Below are positions 31,381 to 43,700 of a stretch of 64,000 nucleotides of DNA, piece after piece (position 1 is the stretch's first letter; each line of letters opens with the position of its first letter). Made by a program: the position numbers and the translations under genes. Origin of the DNA: Fibrobacteria bacterium (GTDB lineage Bacteria > Fibrobacterota > Fibrobacteria > UBA11236 > JADFYW01); NCBI GenBank assembly GCA_050294405.1, contig JBNKOC010000012.1:448001-512000 (forward strand), given 5' to 3'. A model generated the notes under the pieces. It saw nothing but the letters and a program-made list of their open reading frames with translations. It was not told where the DNA came from and did no database searches.

Positions 31381-32966
31381 ACCAGCATGGCCCCTGTAGC
31401 TAGTGATAAAATTTCTTCAGCCAAATTAGGATTTCCTTCAAATTCTTTAACAATAGTCCCGCTGTTCATAACATAAATCCTGTGAGACAAATTTAAAACT
31501 TCTTCATTTTCAGAACTACATAAAATAATGCATATGCCCATTTGAGCCAATTCGTTGATTAACTTGTATATTTCAAATTTTGCACCCACATCAATTCCCC
31601 GGGTAGGATCGTCCAGGAGCAACAACTTAGGATTTGTAAGCAAGTATCGGCCAATAATTAATTTTTGCTGGTTTCCCCCGGATAATTTGCTAATAAGAGT
31701 ATTATGAGATTCAAATTTAGCAGATAACTTAGTGCGTATTTCCTCAACATTCTTCCATTCATTCGCTCCCTTTATTACTCCCCATTTTGAGATACGCTTT
31801 AAGGAGCTGAGTGTAACATTTTTGGCAACAGATTTATCCGGAAAAATACCCTTTTTCCTTCTATCCTCACAAACCAAGGCGATTCCTTTTGAAGCAGCCT
31901 GAGAGGGGCTATTTATTTTTCGAGTTTGTCCTTCTATATACATGGCTCCACTGAACTTTCCATTTTGAACTCCCCCAATACATTCCAGAAGTTCTGTTCG
32001 GCCGGAGCCCATTAATCCGGCTAACCCAATAATTTCTCCTGGGTAAATTTTTAAATTAATATTTCGCAAAGCTGTCTGATTGTTCCTTTTTCCCGGGTTT
32101 AAGCATAAGTTCTTAGTTTCAAGAAATGGAATTGTATTTGCATCAATTTGCGGCGGGCTTGTTCGTGTCGGGAAGGCTTGGTTTAAAGGCTTTCCAATCA
32201 TGGCCTGAATTATTTTTTCCGGCGCGAAATTTTCCCTGGAAAAGATATCCACCAGTTTCCCGTTTCGTAGAACATCAATGATATCTGCAATTTTGAAAAC
32301 TTCATTTAGTTTATGGGTCACATACATAATAGATGTGCCCTGATCTTTTAATCTCAATACCAAATTCAATAAATTTTCAGTTTCCGGTTGGGAAAGGGCG
32401 GAGGTGGGTTCGTCCAGAATTAACAATTTGCATTTTGTGCGAAGAGCTTTGGCTATTTCTACAATTTGCATTTGTCCTACGGCAAGCCCGGAAACCATAG
32501 TAGTGGGTAACAGCTGGGGTTGGTTTAATCTGTTTAAAAGTTGCAATGTTTCGAAATACATTTTTTCAAAATCAAGGCTTATCCCTTTTTTTATTTCGCA
32601 GCCTAAAAAAATATTCTCCATTATGTTCATGTCAGGCACCAGGGATAATTCCTGGTGTATAATGGATATGCCGGCGTCAAGGGCATCCTTGGTTTGGTGG
32701 AATGGATTTAATTTATTTTCAAATATTAAATCGCCACCGTAACTGCCTTTTGGCCAAATGCCTGCGATAATTTTAATTAGCGTGGATTTTCCTGCGCCAT
32801 TTTCACCGCAGAGGCCGTGAACTTCTCCGGGTTTTATTTCCAGGCTGCAGTCTTCCAGAACTTTCAGCGCACCAAAAGATTTGGTCAGTTTTTGTATGCG
32901 CAATAGTGAGTTGCCGTTATTTAGAAAGCTATTCTCCAAATACATCCTTTTCGCTGTGGAATCCAT
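31377..32966 (-). CDS. Sugar ABC transporter ATP-binding protein (XylG-like, two NBDs)
   Basis: GENGAGKST, LDEPTSAL, LSGGNQQK, PTRGIDVGAK. Confidence 0.92.
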   Translation of the reverse strand: MDSTAKRMYLENSFLNNGNSLLRIQKLTKSFGALKVLEDCSLEIKPGEVHGLCGENGAGKSTLIKIIAGIWPKGSYGGDLIFENKLNPFHQTKDALDAGISIIHQELSLVPDMNIMENIFLGCEIKKGISLDFEKMYFETLQLLNRLNQPQLLPTTMVSGLAVGQMQIVEIAKALRTKCKLLILDEPTSALSQPETENLLNLVLRLKDQGTSIMYVTHKLNEVFKIADIIDVLRNGKLVDIFSRENFAPEKIIQAMIGKPLNQAFPTRTSPPQIDANTIPFLETKNLCLNPGKRNNQTALRNINLKIYPGEIIGLAGLMGSGRTELLECIGGVQNGKFSGAMYIEGQTRKINSPSQAASKGIALVCEDRRKKGIFPDKSVAKNVTLSSLKRISKWGVIKGANEWKNVEEIRTKLSAKFESHNTLISKLSGGNQQKLIIGRYLLTNPKLLLLDDPTRGIDVGAKFEIYKLINELAQMGICIILCSSENEEVLNLSHRIYVMNSGTIVKEFEGNPNLAEEILSLATGAMLV

Positions 32967-33978
32967 CTTTTATTACCGTCTCTTTTAAATTTTCTTTTGT
33001 AACGGGGATGGGAGGGAGAAATAAGACAGGAACATCGAAAGGGCCGTTTTTAATGTTACTGTTAGGAGGGCTGAATGAGCCTTCTTTTATTTTTTTCACT
33101 GCCTCTGCGGCCGCAATTTCGGCCAGTTGCTTAATGGGCTTATATACAGTAACGGTTTGGAGCCCTTTGGCCACGTTTTGGCAAGCTTGCAAATCCGCAT
33201 CCTGGCCGGATACGGGAATTTTTCCAGCAAGGCCCTTGTCTTTAAGGGCGGCAATAGCTCCCGAGGCAGTTCCATCATTGCTGGCAATAATGGCGTCAAT
33301 TTTGTGCTTGGATAAGGCGTCGGCGGCAATTCTCTGTGCTTCGCTTCGCATCCATTTATCGCAATACTGGTTTACAACCACATTGATTTCTTTTTTGCCT
33401 ATGGCCTCTTTGATGATGTTCATATGGCCTTGATGTATCATATCAGAATTCTTGTCCCCTGGGTCGCCTTTTAAAATTAAATAGTTTCCTGAAGGCACTT
33501 TTTCCATAATGGCTTTAGCCTGGATTTCGCCAACCACAACGTTGTTAAATGACAAGTAAAGATCCACAGGGGCGTTTCCGATTAATCTATCATAGGAAAT
33601 TACCGGCACTTTGTACGTTTTCGCATTTTGAACAATGGGTCTGGCCGCGTCTGCATTTTTTGGGATAACCACCAGTAACTTAACCCCTTTGGCCAACAGG
33701 GCATCGCACTGTCTGAGCTGCGCATTTGGATCGCCGCCTGCATCTTGTACAATAACATCTGCGCCCAACTCTTTAGCCTTGGATACAAAATAATCCCGAT
33801 CTCTTTGCCAGCGTTCTTCTTTTAAATCGGCCATAGACAAACCGATCAAAATTTTATCTGATTCATTTGCTTGAGTTTCGCCGCTTTCCGATTTTTTTTC
33901 ATTACATCCCGATAAAGTGAATGCTACCAGGAGCAGGTTTGTTACTAACATAACCACATTTTTAATTTTCCAAAACAT
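32929..33978 (-). CDS. D-xylose-type ABC transporter substrate-binding lipoprotein (XylF-like)
   Basis: Lipobox LSGC; DLKEERWQRDRDYF, YDRLI, SFNNVVVG, SGQDAD, TVYKPI. Confidence 0.85.
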   Translation of the reverse strand: MFWKIKNVVMLVTNLLLVAFTLSGCNEKKSESGETQANESDKILIGLSMADLKEERWQRDRDYFVSKAKELGADVIVQDAGGDPNAQLRQCDALLAKGVKLLVVIPKNADAARPIVQNAKTYKVPVISYDRLIGNAPVDLYLSFNNVVVGEIQAKAIMEKVPSGNYLILKGDPGDKNSDMIHQGHMNIIKEAIGKKEINVVVNQYCDKWMRSEAQRIAADALSKHKIDAIIASNDGTASGAIAALKDKGLAGKIPVSGQDADLQACQNVAKGLQTVTVYKPIKQLAEIAAAEAVKKIKEGSFSPPNSNIKNGPFDVPVLFLPPIPVTKENLKETVIKDGFHSEKDVFGE

Positions 33979-34355
33979 TTATACCCCGAATTGTTTTTAA
34001 ATGGCAAAATCCCCATGCCAGTAGAATTTAAAGTTGTCCAATTAAAATTAATAAATATTGCTGGGAGATGAAAAGAATCCTCATTTCGTAGTTGATGTTT
34101 TTTTTCGCTCCATTATATGGCTCTTGGGGTGAACTTTTATTTTGGCTAGAGCAGGCGTTTAATTGCCAGGCTTTGATTATTGAATATGAATTAAATTTAA
34201 ACAGGCTGGAATTATAAGGATAGTGGAGTATGTTATGGAGAAAGAAGAAAGTAAGACTGGTGCCTTTTGAAGTACCCGTTAGTGAATGATGATTTTGTCT
34301 GGCTTTTATAATCCTCATGAATGATTAGAAGTTCTAAGTTTATTACTCAAAACGG

Positions 34356-34374
34356 GTGTCGAAAAAATTTACAC
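34356..34374. promoter_or_regulatory. Candidate enhancer (TGT-N11-ACA) upstream of the PEP-CTERM gene
   Basis: GTGTCGAAAAAATTTACAC, ~140 bp upstream of ATG 34516. Confidence 0.45.
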
Positions 34375-34515
34375 TCATCTTAATAGAGGTTTTGCGCCTT
34401 AATTTTGCTAAGTTCCCCACAATTATTGGTCTAATCTTCCTGAATACATTTGAATAGGAATTTTAATTTGTTAACTTTTTGAGGTTAGAAGCTGAATTTT
34501 TGATTTGAGGGATTT

Positions 34516-35274
34516 ATGAAAATTTTTACAAAATTTTGCGGTGTTGCATTTGTCATGTCCTTGTGTGTTTCCACTCAAGCCAGCATTATTTTTGATGATT
34601 TATCTTCTCAAACAATTCTACGGGCTGATGACGCCTTAGGGGCTTATAACTCTTCCACGCAATCTTTGCTGAGTTCTTTCTCTGATACTTTAATAGATGG
34701 CGAAAACCTGAATTTAACTAGTCTTGTGGCAAATATTAGCGAATACGAAGCCAGTTTTGATATTGATATGTTTCATCGACGCAGTGCGGAATTAACCGCA
34801 ATTTCATTCAGCTCCGGGGCGCTTTATTTTGATGTGGATCAATTAACAGAGTACAGTTTGGCAGGGTACTACACCCAGGATGGGGCCAACGATTTTTACC
34901 AGTATGTGGTTTTGAAAAACATTTCAACTAATCAGATTTATTTTGAGGGTGGAGCGCAGGATTTGCTGGGAAATGAGAATTATTTCACTTTAGGTAATAT
35001 TAATAATAGCGATTACTATTCCGTGGTTACCGGAGATTTGTCAGGCTCACTGTCTGCTGGAAGCTACATGCTTGAATATCGTTACCATACTCAGAACCAT
35101 CCAGCTGGTGCCATTACTCGGCTCGATGCCGCAGCTCAGGGCGATTTGCATTTTACTTTAGCTCAGGCTCAAGGCCCAGGAACTGTTCCCGAACCCTTAT
35201 CCCTAGCCTTATTTGGAATGGGGAGCTTGGTATTTGGTTTTTTCGGATTCAAAAAAAAGTCAAATAAGGCTTAA
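34516..35274 (+). CDS. PEP-CTERM sorting domain protein
   Basis: Signal peptide; C-terminal VPEPLSLALFGMGSLVFGFFGFKKK. Confidence 0.92.
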   Translation: MKIFTKFCGVAFVMSLCVSTQASIIFDDLSSQTILRADDALGAYNSSTQSLLSSFSDTLIDGENLNLTSLVANISEYEASFDIDMFHRRSAELTAISFSSGALYFDVDQLTEYSLAGYYTQDGANDFYQYVVLKNISTNQIYFEGGAQDLLGNENYFTLGNINNSDYYSVVTGDLSGSLSAGSYMLEYRYHTQNHPAGAITRLDAAAQGDLHFTLAQAQGPGTVPEPLSLALFGMGSLVFGFFGFKKKSNKA

Positions 35275-35393
35275 ATCCCTTTAAAACCGGGGTATTTCCC
35301 AAACTTCCCAATTTTTTTTTGTGGCCCAATCGAAATTGGCGTGAAAAGCTTTGTAATAATTTATAGCTTTTTAATGTCAATAATCGAGCAGTC

Positions 35394-36197
35394 ATGAATA
35401 TTCGCTTTCTAATAGTATCTGCCTTGTTACCCTTCATTGTTTGGGGAAGTGGACTTCAGGAAAGTCCCAGGTTTGTGCAGTTTCCCTCTATGGATGGGGT
35501 TACCATAAGTGCGGATTACTATTCAATTTCTAACGATTCCTCCATGCCTTTAGCCATAATGTTTCATCAGGCAGGTTATTCCCGGGGGGAATATAAAAGT
35601 TCTGTGGGTTTATTTTTAAACAAAGGCTTTAATGCCCTGGTGGTAGACCTAAGATCAGGGAAAATGGTAAATGGAGTAGTCAACGAAACGCAAAAAGTAG
35701 CTTTACAAGCTGGAAAATCAACTCGCTATATTGATGCGCTTCAGGATATTGAAGCCTCCCTCATTTACGGGAGAAAAATATCCAGGGGCAAATTAATTAC
35801 AGTGGGTAGTTCTTACTCTGCCGGATTATTAATCCATATAGCCGGAAGTATTCCCGGGGTTATGGATGGGTTGTTGCTTTTTTCTCCAGGTGAATATTTT
35901 TTCAATCAAGGCAAAGCTTCTAACTGGGTTCAAAGTTCGGCAGCTAACATAAATATTCCGGTATTCGTTACCTCAAGCAAGCAGGAAACCTATTCCTGGC
36001 AAGATATTTTTGAAGCTATTCCCAGTTCAAAAAAATTATCCTTTGTTCCCAAATCCTCGGGCCAACATGGGGCACGAGTATTATGGAATGATTCGCCCTA
36101 TCGGGATGAGTATTGGGCCACCATAAGCCCTTTCTTGTCTCAATTTATGCAAGACGAGTCTCCTCCTGACCCTTCAGGAAGTATTAGCGTTAAATAA
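35394..36197 (+). CDS. Exported alpha/beta hydrolase
   Basis: FHQAGYSRGEY, VDLRSG, nucleophile elbow GSSYSA, FSPGEYF, HGAR. Confidence 0.8.
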   Translation: MNIRFLIVSALLPFIVWGSGLQESPRFVQFPSMDGVTISADYYSISNDSSMPLAIMFHQAGYSRGEYKSSVGLFLNKGFNALVVDLRSGKMVNGVVNETQKVALQAGKSTRYIDALQDIEASLIYGRKISRGKLITVGSSYSAGLLIHIAGSIPGVMDGLLLFSPGEYFFNQGKASNWVQSSAANINIPVFVTSSKQETYSWQDIFEAIPSSKKLSFVPKSSGQHGARVLWNDSPYRDEYWATISPFLSQFMQDESPPDPSGSISVK

Positions 36198-36224
36198 AAT
36201 ACTTTAGGGATTGATATTCCATAT

Positions 36225-36316
36225 ATTGACAAAACAAGTCAATTAATCACAATTTAAAACTTTCCGCATTGCTTTTTAGGCAAAAAATCGGGTTATTACC
36301 AGGCATGATTATTGAT
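36225..36316 (+). promoter_or_regulatory. Putative sigma-54 promoter with upstream boxes for the guanidine operon
   Basis: aGGCATGATTATTGAt (GG 36302-03, GA 36314-15, N10 spacing); TTTTAGGCAAAAAA at 36274-87; TGACAA-N6-TCAA at 36227-42. Confidence 0.55.
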
Positions 36317-36366
36317 TATCCAGAAGTATTGGCTTTTGGATACAACACGAACCTGAGAGGAAATTC

Positions 36367-37326
36367 ATGAATTTAATTAGAAAAATTTTAATTACTGCTT
36401 TACTGGCTGGTGGAACTCTTTTACAAGCGGGACCTTTAAAAATTGGATACTCAGATTGGCCTGGATGGGTGGCTTGGGATATCGCTGTTCAGAAAGGTTG
36501 GTTCAAAGAGGCCGGGGTTGATGTAGAATTCATTTGGTTTGAGTATGTTCCTTCAATGGACGCTTTTGCTGCTGGAAAAGTAGATGCGGTAGCCATGACA
36601 AACGGTGATGCCTTGGTTACAGGTTCCACTGGAGCTCCGAGCGTGGCTATTTTAATTAACGATTACTCAAACGGAAATGACATGGTGGTAGCAAAGCCAG
36701 GTATAAAAAATGTAAAAGCTTTAAAAGGCAAAAAAATTGGAGTTGAGGTTGGGTTTGTTTCTCATCTATTATTACTCAATGCGCTTCAGGCAGGCGGTTT
36801 AAAAGAAAGCGATGTAACATTGGTTAATATGCCAACAGATCAAACTCCACAGGCTTTGGGTAGTGGCAGTGTAGATGCGATAGTGGCATGGCAGCCAAAT
36901 TCTGGCCAAGCTTTAAAGGCTCTACCTGGTTCTAAACCTATTTTCTCTTCCGCAAATGTTCCTGGAGTCATTTACGATGTATTGGCAGTTAATCCAAAAT
37001 CATTAGCTGAGAAAAAAGCAGAATGGAAAAAGGTTGTTTCTGTATGGTTTAAAATTGCAGATTTTTTGAAAGATGATAAAAACAAAGCAGAAGCATTAAA
37101 AATCATGTCTGCGAGAGTAGGCTTAACTCCTGCTGAATATGAGCCTCTGCTCAAGGGAACTTATTTTCTTGGGAAAAAAGGTAACGAAAAGTCTTTCAAA
37201 AAAGGTTCGGACTTATCTTCCATTTATCACAGCAATAAAGTTGTTGATGAATTCAATGTAAAATATGAAGTGTACAAAGCTCCTCTGAAAACAGAAGACT
37301 ATTTGAATCCTGAATTAATCAAGTAA
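36367..37326 (+). CDS. ABC transporter substrate-binding protein (NitT/TauT type, urea-carboxylase/guanidine associated)
   Basis: [32 protein letters not shown]; operon context. Confidence 0.85.
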   Translation: MNLIRKILITALLAGGTLLQAGPLKIGYSDWPGWVAWDIAVQKGWFKEAGVDVEFIWFEYVPSMDAFAAGKVDAVAMTNGDALVTGSTGAPSVAILINDYSNGNDMVVAKPGIKNVKALKGKKIGVEVGFVSHLLLLNALQAGGLKESDVTLVNMPTDQTPQALGSGSVDAIVAWQPNSGQALKALPGSKPIFSSANVPGVIYDVLAVNPKSLAEKKAEWKKVVSVWFKIADFLKDDKNKAEALKIMSARVGLTPAEYEPLLKGTYFLGKKGNEKSFKKGSDLSSIYHSNKVVDEFNVKYEVYKAPLKTEDYLNPELIK

Positions 37327-37360
37327 TTGATTAATCAAATTTAACTAAGGATGCTGTAAA

Positions 37361-38398
37361 ATGAATAGCTGGTTTGCGGTTCGAAAGCCGCTTTCAAAAA
37401 CTCGCTCCGCTGGCTTGGCTATTCTATCTTTTATCCTTCCTTTGCTAATATGGTCAGCCTTCAGTTACTTTGAATTCCTATGGCATCCCTACATGGAGGT
37501 TACCAATGTGGGTGACAGCAATGTTGAGGGTGATTACGATTATATCACTCAGGGTATGTTAGTGGAAAAAAAAGTTTTCCAAGAACGTAATAAAACGCTT
37601 TTAGCAGCCGGGGCGCCTTCAGTTCAAGGGATAGCGCGAAATCCAATATACTTTCCCGCGCCCCATGAAGTTTTTAAAGCTTTTTATTATGCCTTTAAAA
37701 CAGAACCTCAACGTACGGGAGATCAATGGCTTCACTCTAGTCTATTACATAGTTTTCGGATTATTTTCCTGGGCTTTTTTTGGTCCGCCATTTTTGGGAT
37801 ACCCGTAGGGATATTATGTGGCACATTCTCTTTTTTTTCAAAGTTAATAGAGCCCTTTGTGGATTTTGTTCGTTACATGCCGGCTCCTGTGTTCGGGGCC
37901 TTGGCTGTTTCCATCCTTGGGTTAGATGATGGTCCGAAAATTACCATTATATTTATAGGCACATTTTTTCAAATGGTTTTGGTTGTGGCAACAACAACAT
38001 CAAAATTGGATGCCTCTTTATTAGAAGCCGGGCAAACTCTTGGAGCCCGAAATAAAGACCTAGTATTAAAAGTGGTTATACCAGGGATTTTGCCCAATTT
38101 ATATCGCGACATAAGAATTCTTATCGGATGGGCATGGACCTATTTGGTCGTGGCTGAATTGGTGGGTGCGAAATCCGGTATTTCAGCCTTTTTATATCAA
38201 TCGCAGCGCTATAAGCAATTTGATAATGTTTATGCCTCGATATTAATGATTGGAATTGTTGGGCTTATAACAGACCAAGTGTTAGCTTTTTTTGGCCGGA
38301 GGCTTTTCCCATGGGAAAGTGGCAAGCCTGCACTTTTCTCCAGGTCCATTAAAGCCATTCGTAAATTTGCGGACCCTGCAACAGTATGGGTGAAATAA
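37361..38398 (+). CDS. ABC transporter permease (NitT/TauT type)
   Basis: [33 protein letters not shown]. Confidence 0.9.
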   Translation: MNSWFAVRKPLSKTRSAGLAILSFILPLLIWSAFSYFEFLWHPYMEVTNVGDSNVEGDYDYITQGMLVEKKVFQERNKTLLAAGAPSVQGIARNPIYFPAPHEVFKAFYYAFKTEPQRTGDQWLHSSLLHSFRIIFLGFFWSAIFGIPVGILCGTFSFFSKLIEPFVDFVRYMPAPVFGALAVSILGLDDGPKITIIFIGTFFQMVLVVATTTSKLDASLLEAGQTLGARNKDLVLKVVIPGILPNLYRDIRILIGWAWTYLVVAELVGAKSGISAFLYQSQRYKQFDNVYASILMIGIVGLITDQVLAFFGRRLFPWESGKPALFSRSIKAIRKFADPATVWVK

Positions 38399-39303
38399 TG
38401 AATAGCTTACATGGAATAAATTTACCTGATTATAAAATTCTTCCAGCTGATGTTGAATCCAGGTTTGAAAAAATTTTTCAACGCCCTAAACAACTGGAAG
38501 TGAAAAGTATTCACAAATCATTTGATTCTAAAAATGGAAAGGTAAAAGCACTGGATAATATTTCCTTTGATGTGCATCGCAGAGAATTTGTTTGTGTGAT
38601 AGGCCCCTCTGGATGCGGAAAATCCACCCTTATCCGTGTTTTGGCAGGCCTGGAACAACCTACAGAAGGAAAAGTTGTAGTAGGTGGTCAAGAAATTAAA
38701 GGACCAGGCAGCGATAGGGGAATGGTTTTCCAGGGTTATACCTTATTTCCCTGGCTAACTGTAAAGGGTAATGTTATGTTTGGTCCAAAAATCAAGGGGC
38801 GGGGAGGGGCGTCTCTGGATTCAGAAGCATTGCAGCTACTGGAAATGGTTGGTCTGGAAAAATTTGCCAACAGTTATCCTCATGAGTTATCTGGAGGCAT
38901 GAAGCAAAGGGTCGCTATTGCCAGGGCATTGGCCAACTATCCAAAGGTCCTTTTAATGGATGAGCCTTTTGGTGCATTGGATGCGCAAACACGATCTCAT
39001 ATGCAAATGCATTTAATGGAAATATGGAAAAATGTTGATGTTACTATTTTGTTTATTACTCATGATTTGGATGAAGCCATTTTGCTTGCTGATAGAATAA
39101 TAGTATTATCTGCTAACCCTGGTCGGGTGGCGGAAATAATTAAGGTGCCTATCATGCAACCCCGTAGCTCAGATGTTTTATTGAGTCCCGAATTTTTGGC
39201 CACTAAAAAAAGGTTAGACGAATGGATCCATCCAGGAGGCCATAAGGCAAAATTCGAAGTGCCAATAATGCGTATGACAAATATAGGGGATGATGTATAT
39301 TGA
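38386..39303 (+). CDS. ABC transporter ATP-binding protein (NitT/TauT type)
   Basis: [34 protein letters not shown]. Confidence 0.93.
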   Translation: MGEIMNSLHGINLPDYKILPADVESRFEKIFQRPKQLEVKSIHKSFDSKNGKVKALDNISFDVHRREFVCVIGPSGCGKSTLIRVLAGLEQPTEGKVVVGGQEIKGPGSDRGMVFQGYTLFPWLTVKGNVMFGPKIKGRGGASLDSEALQLLEMVGLEKFANSYPHELSGGMKQRVAIARALANYPKVLLMDEPFGALDAQTRSHMQMHLMEIWKNVDVTILFITHDLDEAILLADRIIVLSANPGRVAEIIKVPIMQPRSSDVLLSPEFLATKKRLDEWIHPGGHKAKFEVPIMRMTNIGDDVY

Positions 39304-39319
39304 ATTGTTATAAATAGGA

Positions 39320-40051
39320 ATGGGAATGACAGATATAATTTTAAGTGAAAGACTAAAACCAAATCAAACCTGGAGTTGGGTAGTAGAAAAAGGACTGAGT
39401 CTTCGGGTTACAGATGTTTCTGGAGATGGCAACCTTTCTATGTTGGTGTTTAACAACGATAATGTGTTGGAAAAATACAATATGCCCGATACTTTAAAGG
39501 CTCAGCACACGGCTCATTTAACTAAAGGCCATTGCATTTACAGTGATATGGGCCGTGTCTTGTTTTCAATTACAGAAGATTCTGTAGGATGGCACGATAC
39601 AATTTGCGGGGTTTTAAATAATGCGCAAACGGAAAAAAAATACGGGCCAAGCTCCTATCAGGAACTCCGCAACGACTACCATAGAAGTGGTCGCCAAAAT
39701 TTGTTGGTTGAAATGGGAAAGAATGGCCTTAATAAAAAAGATTTTGGCCCATGCTTAAATTTGTTTAGCAAAGTTTGGGTAGATGAAAAAGGTGGGATGA
39801 ATTTCTCCGAGCACAATTCAAAAGCAGGGTCCCAAATTATCCTCAAAGCAGAAATGAATTGTCTTATGGTGGTTTCCAACACGCCTCACCCTCTAAACCC
39901 ATCCCAAAAATGGGAAGCAGGCGAAATAATATTGGAAATTTTTAAATCTGAAAATGAGCTAGACAGTGAAATTTGCAGAACCCATTGTCCTGAAAATGAG
40001 AGGGGCTTTTTAAATAATCAAAGGTACTTCAGCACAAAGGTTCAACTATGA
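39320..40051 (+). CDS. cgdA: Carboxyguanidine deiminase subunit (urea-carboxylase-associated DUF1989 protein)
   Basis: [40 protein letters not shown]. Confidence 0.85.
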   Translation: MGMTDIILSERLKPNQTWSWVVEKGLSLRVTDVSGDGNLSMLVFNNDNVLEKYNMPDTLKAQHTAHLTKGHCIYSDMGRVLFSITEDSVGWHDTICGVLNNAQTEKKYGPSSYQELRNDYHRSGRQNLLVEMGKNGLNKKDFGPCLNLFSKVWVDEKGGMNFSEHNSKAGSQIILKAEMNCLMVVSNTPHPLNPSQKWEAGEIILEIFKSENELDSEICRTHCPENERGFLNNQRYFSTKVQL

Positions 40052-40707
40052 CAACATTGAATTACATGGAAAGTTCATTAGAAGAAAAAAACGCAATTTA
40101 TAACGAAATCGTTCCAGCCGGGGAAGGTTGGAAACATATTGTAAAAAAAGGGCAGGTAATAAGAATTGTGGATTTAGAAGGTAACCAGGCCGCAGATACC
40201 TTGTTTTATAATGCACACGACCCCTCCGAACGTTATAGTTCTGTAGATACTATCAGGGAACAAAAAAATATTTACCTTACCACCGGGACCCAGCTAGTCA
40301 GCAGCGAGGGAAATCCTATGCTAACTATAGTAGCGGATACCTGCGGAAGACATGATACATTAGGAGGAGCCTGCGCGGCTGAGTCGAATACGGTTCGATA
40401 TTCACTGGATAAAAAACATATGCACGCCTGCCGGGATAGTTTTTTGTGGGTGATCATGAATTGGCAGGATGGACTAGGGAAAAGGGATATAACCAGTAAT
40501 ATTAATTTTTTTATGAATGTTCCTGTGACCCCAGAGGGAGGATTAACATTTGAAGACGGAGTTTCAAACCCGCTCAAATATGTGGAACTCAGGGCGGAAA
40601 TGGATGTGATGGCAGTGGTTTCAAACTGCCCTCAATTAAATAATCCATGTAATGCATACAATCCAACTCCTGTAAAAATGGTTATTTGGGATTCAATTTC
40701 CGTATGA
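40048..40707 (+). CDS. cgdB: Carboxyguanidine deiminase subunit (urea-carboxylase-associated DUF1989 protein)
   Basis: [58 protein letters not shown]. Confidence 0.88.
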   Translation: MTTLNYMESSLEEKNAIYNEIVPAGEGWKHIVKKGQVIRIVDLEGNQAADTLFYNAHDPSERYSSVDTIREQKNIYLTTGTQLVSSEGNPMLTIVADTCGRHDTLGGACAAESNTVRYSLDKKHMHACRDSFLWVIMNWQDGLGKRDITSNINFFMNVPVTPEGGLTFEDGVSNPLKYVELRAEMDVMAVVSNCPQLNNPCNAYNPTPVKMVIWDSISV

Positions 40708-40715
40708 GTTTATAA

Positions 40716-43700
40716 ATGGACAAATTATTTTCAAAAGTTTTAATAGCAAATAGAGGAGAAATCGCCTGCCGCATAATAAAAACCCTTAAAAAGATGGGAA
40801 TAAAAAGCGCAGTCGTTTATAGTGATGCAGACAGGAATTCTCTTCCAACCCAACTAGCTGACGAAGCGATACATATCGGAAATTCTCCCAGCCATGAAAG
40901 TTATTTGGATTTTAACAAAATTATTTCTGTGGCTAAGAGCATATCTGCAGAGGCGATTCACCCAGGATATGGCTTTTTAAGTGAAAATGTTGAGTTCGCT
41001 AAAGCCTGTGAAATAAATGAAATATGCTTTATCGGCCCTACTCCCAGCCAGCTTAAAGATTTTGGTCTCAAACATGTATCAAAGGAAATTGCCAAAAAAG
41101 CCAACGTTCCTTTAATTCCCGGGACAGGGATATTGACTGAACTTTCGGAGGCTATTGAGTCTGCTGATTTCATTGGTTATCCGGTTATGCTGAAAAGTAG
41201 TGCGGGAGGTGGTGGAATAGGCATGCGGTTATGCCATAACAACTTTGAATTGGAAGAAAGCTGGGAAAAGGTCTTGCATTTGAGTAAAACCCACTTTGGA
41301 AGCGCAGAAGTGTTTCTTGAAAAATACATCGAAAAAGGAAGGCATATAGAAGTTCAGATTTTTGGCGACGGAAACGGAAAAATAATAACATTAGGAACCA
41401 GAGATTGCAGCGTCCAAAGGAGAAATCAAAAGGTTATAGAAGAGGCTCCTGCGCCAAATCTGGATGTGGATATTGAAAAAAATATTGTTGCCTCGGCTCA
41501 AAGCCTAGCAGAATTTGTGAAATACAAATCTGCCGGAACAGTTGAATTTATTTATGATATTACTAGTAGCCGACATTATTTTTTAGAAGTAAATACCCGT
41601 CTGCAGGTGGAACATGGGGTAACTGAAGAAGTCTATTCCGTAGATCTGGTAGAGTGGATGGTGCGCCAGGCAGCTGGCCCAAATTTTTTAAACAGCCAAA
41701 AGATTCCTGAACCTGATGGGCATGCAATGGAGTTCAGATGGTACGCGGAAAACCCTCTTAAAAATTTTATGCCTTGTGCGGGAAAAATCACGCGGCTTAA
41801 AATTCCCGAAGAAATACGTTGCGATAGCTGGGTGCAGGAAGGGCAAGAGGTGAGCACTTTTTATGATCCGCTCCTCGCTAAGTTAATCTCCAAAGGAAAA
41901 AACCGACAAGAAGCAATTTTACGTTTAAAATCCGCATTGGAAAAAAGCGAACTTCAAGGACTGTATTCAAACAAGGAATATGTAAGTAGTATATTATCTC
42001 ACCCGGATTTTATAGAAGCAAATGTGCACACCCAATGGGCAAACACCCATCATTGGAAAAGTAATGTTATTGAGGTATTGGAGGGCGGAGCGCAAACTAC
42101 GATTCAAGATTTTCCAGGTCGATTAGGATATTGGGAAGTTGGAGTGCCTCCTTCGGGGCCCATGGATAATCTGGCCTTTCAATTAGGTAATAGCTTGCTG
42201 AAAAATAACTCTGATGCCGCTGGATTGGAAATTACCCTTAAGGGCCCATCTCTAAAATTACATTCGAGTTGCGAATTTTGTCTTACCGGGTCCCAGCTTA
42301 ATGCCTTTTTAGAAAAAGCAGATGGAACAAAATTGGAATTACAAATGTATACCAGCTATCATGCGAATTCCGGAGATATTTTAAATTCAGGGTCTGTTAT
42401 TGGACCGGGGATGCGTGCTTACATTTTATTTAAAAATGGGCTGAATGTTTTTCCTTTCCTGGGGTCCTGTTCCACTTTTACTCTTGGCCAGTTTGGCGGG
42501 CTGGATGGAAAAATTTTAAAGCCCGGGGATATGTTGCCTATAATTCCTACAAAGGAACATAAAACATTTGTTTCAGAATCGATGCCCAAAAATCTGCAAC
42601 CTGAAATAACCAACGATTGGAAAATTGGTTGCATGATAGGGCCTCATTCCACTTCTGAATTCTTTTTGCAGGAGGATATTCAGAAAATATTAGAGGCTAA
42701 ATGGAAAGTCCATTTTAATTCCAACCGAACAGGTATTCGTCTCATTGGTCCCAAACCCACTTGGGCAAGAAAAGACGGCGGCGAAGCGGGGTTGCACCCT
42801 TCCAATATACATGATAACGCCTATGCTATCGGAACTATGGATTTTACCGGCGATATGCCGGTTCTGTTAGGCCCGGACGGCCCTAGTTTGGGTGGCTTTG
42901 TTTGCCCCTTAACTTGCATTCAATCGGAAGTTTGGAAGTTGGGCCAGTTAAAGCCAGGAGATAGCGTCCAATTTTACCTGGTTGGGGGGGCAGAAGCTAA
43001 CTCCCAATTAAAAAGTCAAAACGCATATATAACGAACTTCTTAAATAATCTACCATCAGCTATTTCTCTGTATAAGCCCGAAAACACGCTTCCAAGTCCC
43101 ATTTTAAAGGAGTATGTTAATAAAGATGGATTGCCCATAACAATCCGTCAAGCTGGAGATAGCTACATGCTTTTGGAAATTGGTGAGCTCCATTTGGATT
43201 TGGAATATAGGTTTAGAATTCAATGGATATGGAACGAATTGAAAAACAGGAGCATTGAGGGAATAACAGATTTGACTCCGGGTATTAGAAGTTTACAGAT
43301 ACATTACGATTCCTTTTTACTGCCACAGGAAAAAATCGTGGCCATTATTTCTGAATTGGAAACCAACACGCCTCCTGTAGAAGATATGACGGTTGAATCA
43401 AGGGTTGTGCACTTGCCCCTTTCCTGGAATGATGAAGCTATACACAAAATAATTGATAAATACATTAAAACAGTGAGAAGTGATGCGCCCTGGTGCCCGG
43501 ATAATATTGAGTTTATCCGAAGGGTAAATGGAATGCCCGATGTTGAATCAGTTAAAAATGCGATTTTCGATGCGTCTTATTTGGTTATGGGGTTGGGTGA
43601 TGTTTATTTGGGTGCGCCAGTAGCCACCCCTTTGGATCCCCGGCACCGCTTTGTCACCACAAAATATAACCCTGCCAGAACCTGGACTTTGGAAAATGTA

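Noticed and set aside
34028..34318. 96-aa minus-strand ORF
   Set aside because: AT-rich intergenic region between divergent genes, with no recognisable motif or SD.
36198..36366. Guanidine riboswitch
   Set aside because: No guanidine-I consensus, and the single ACGA is not in a tandem-hairpin context. This was judged by eye; cmscan would be decisive.
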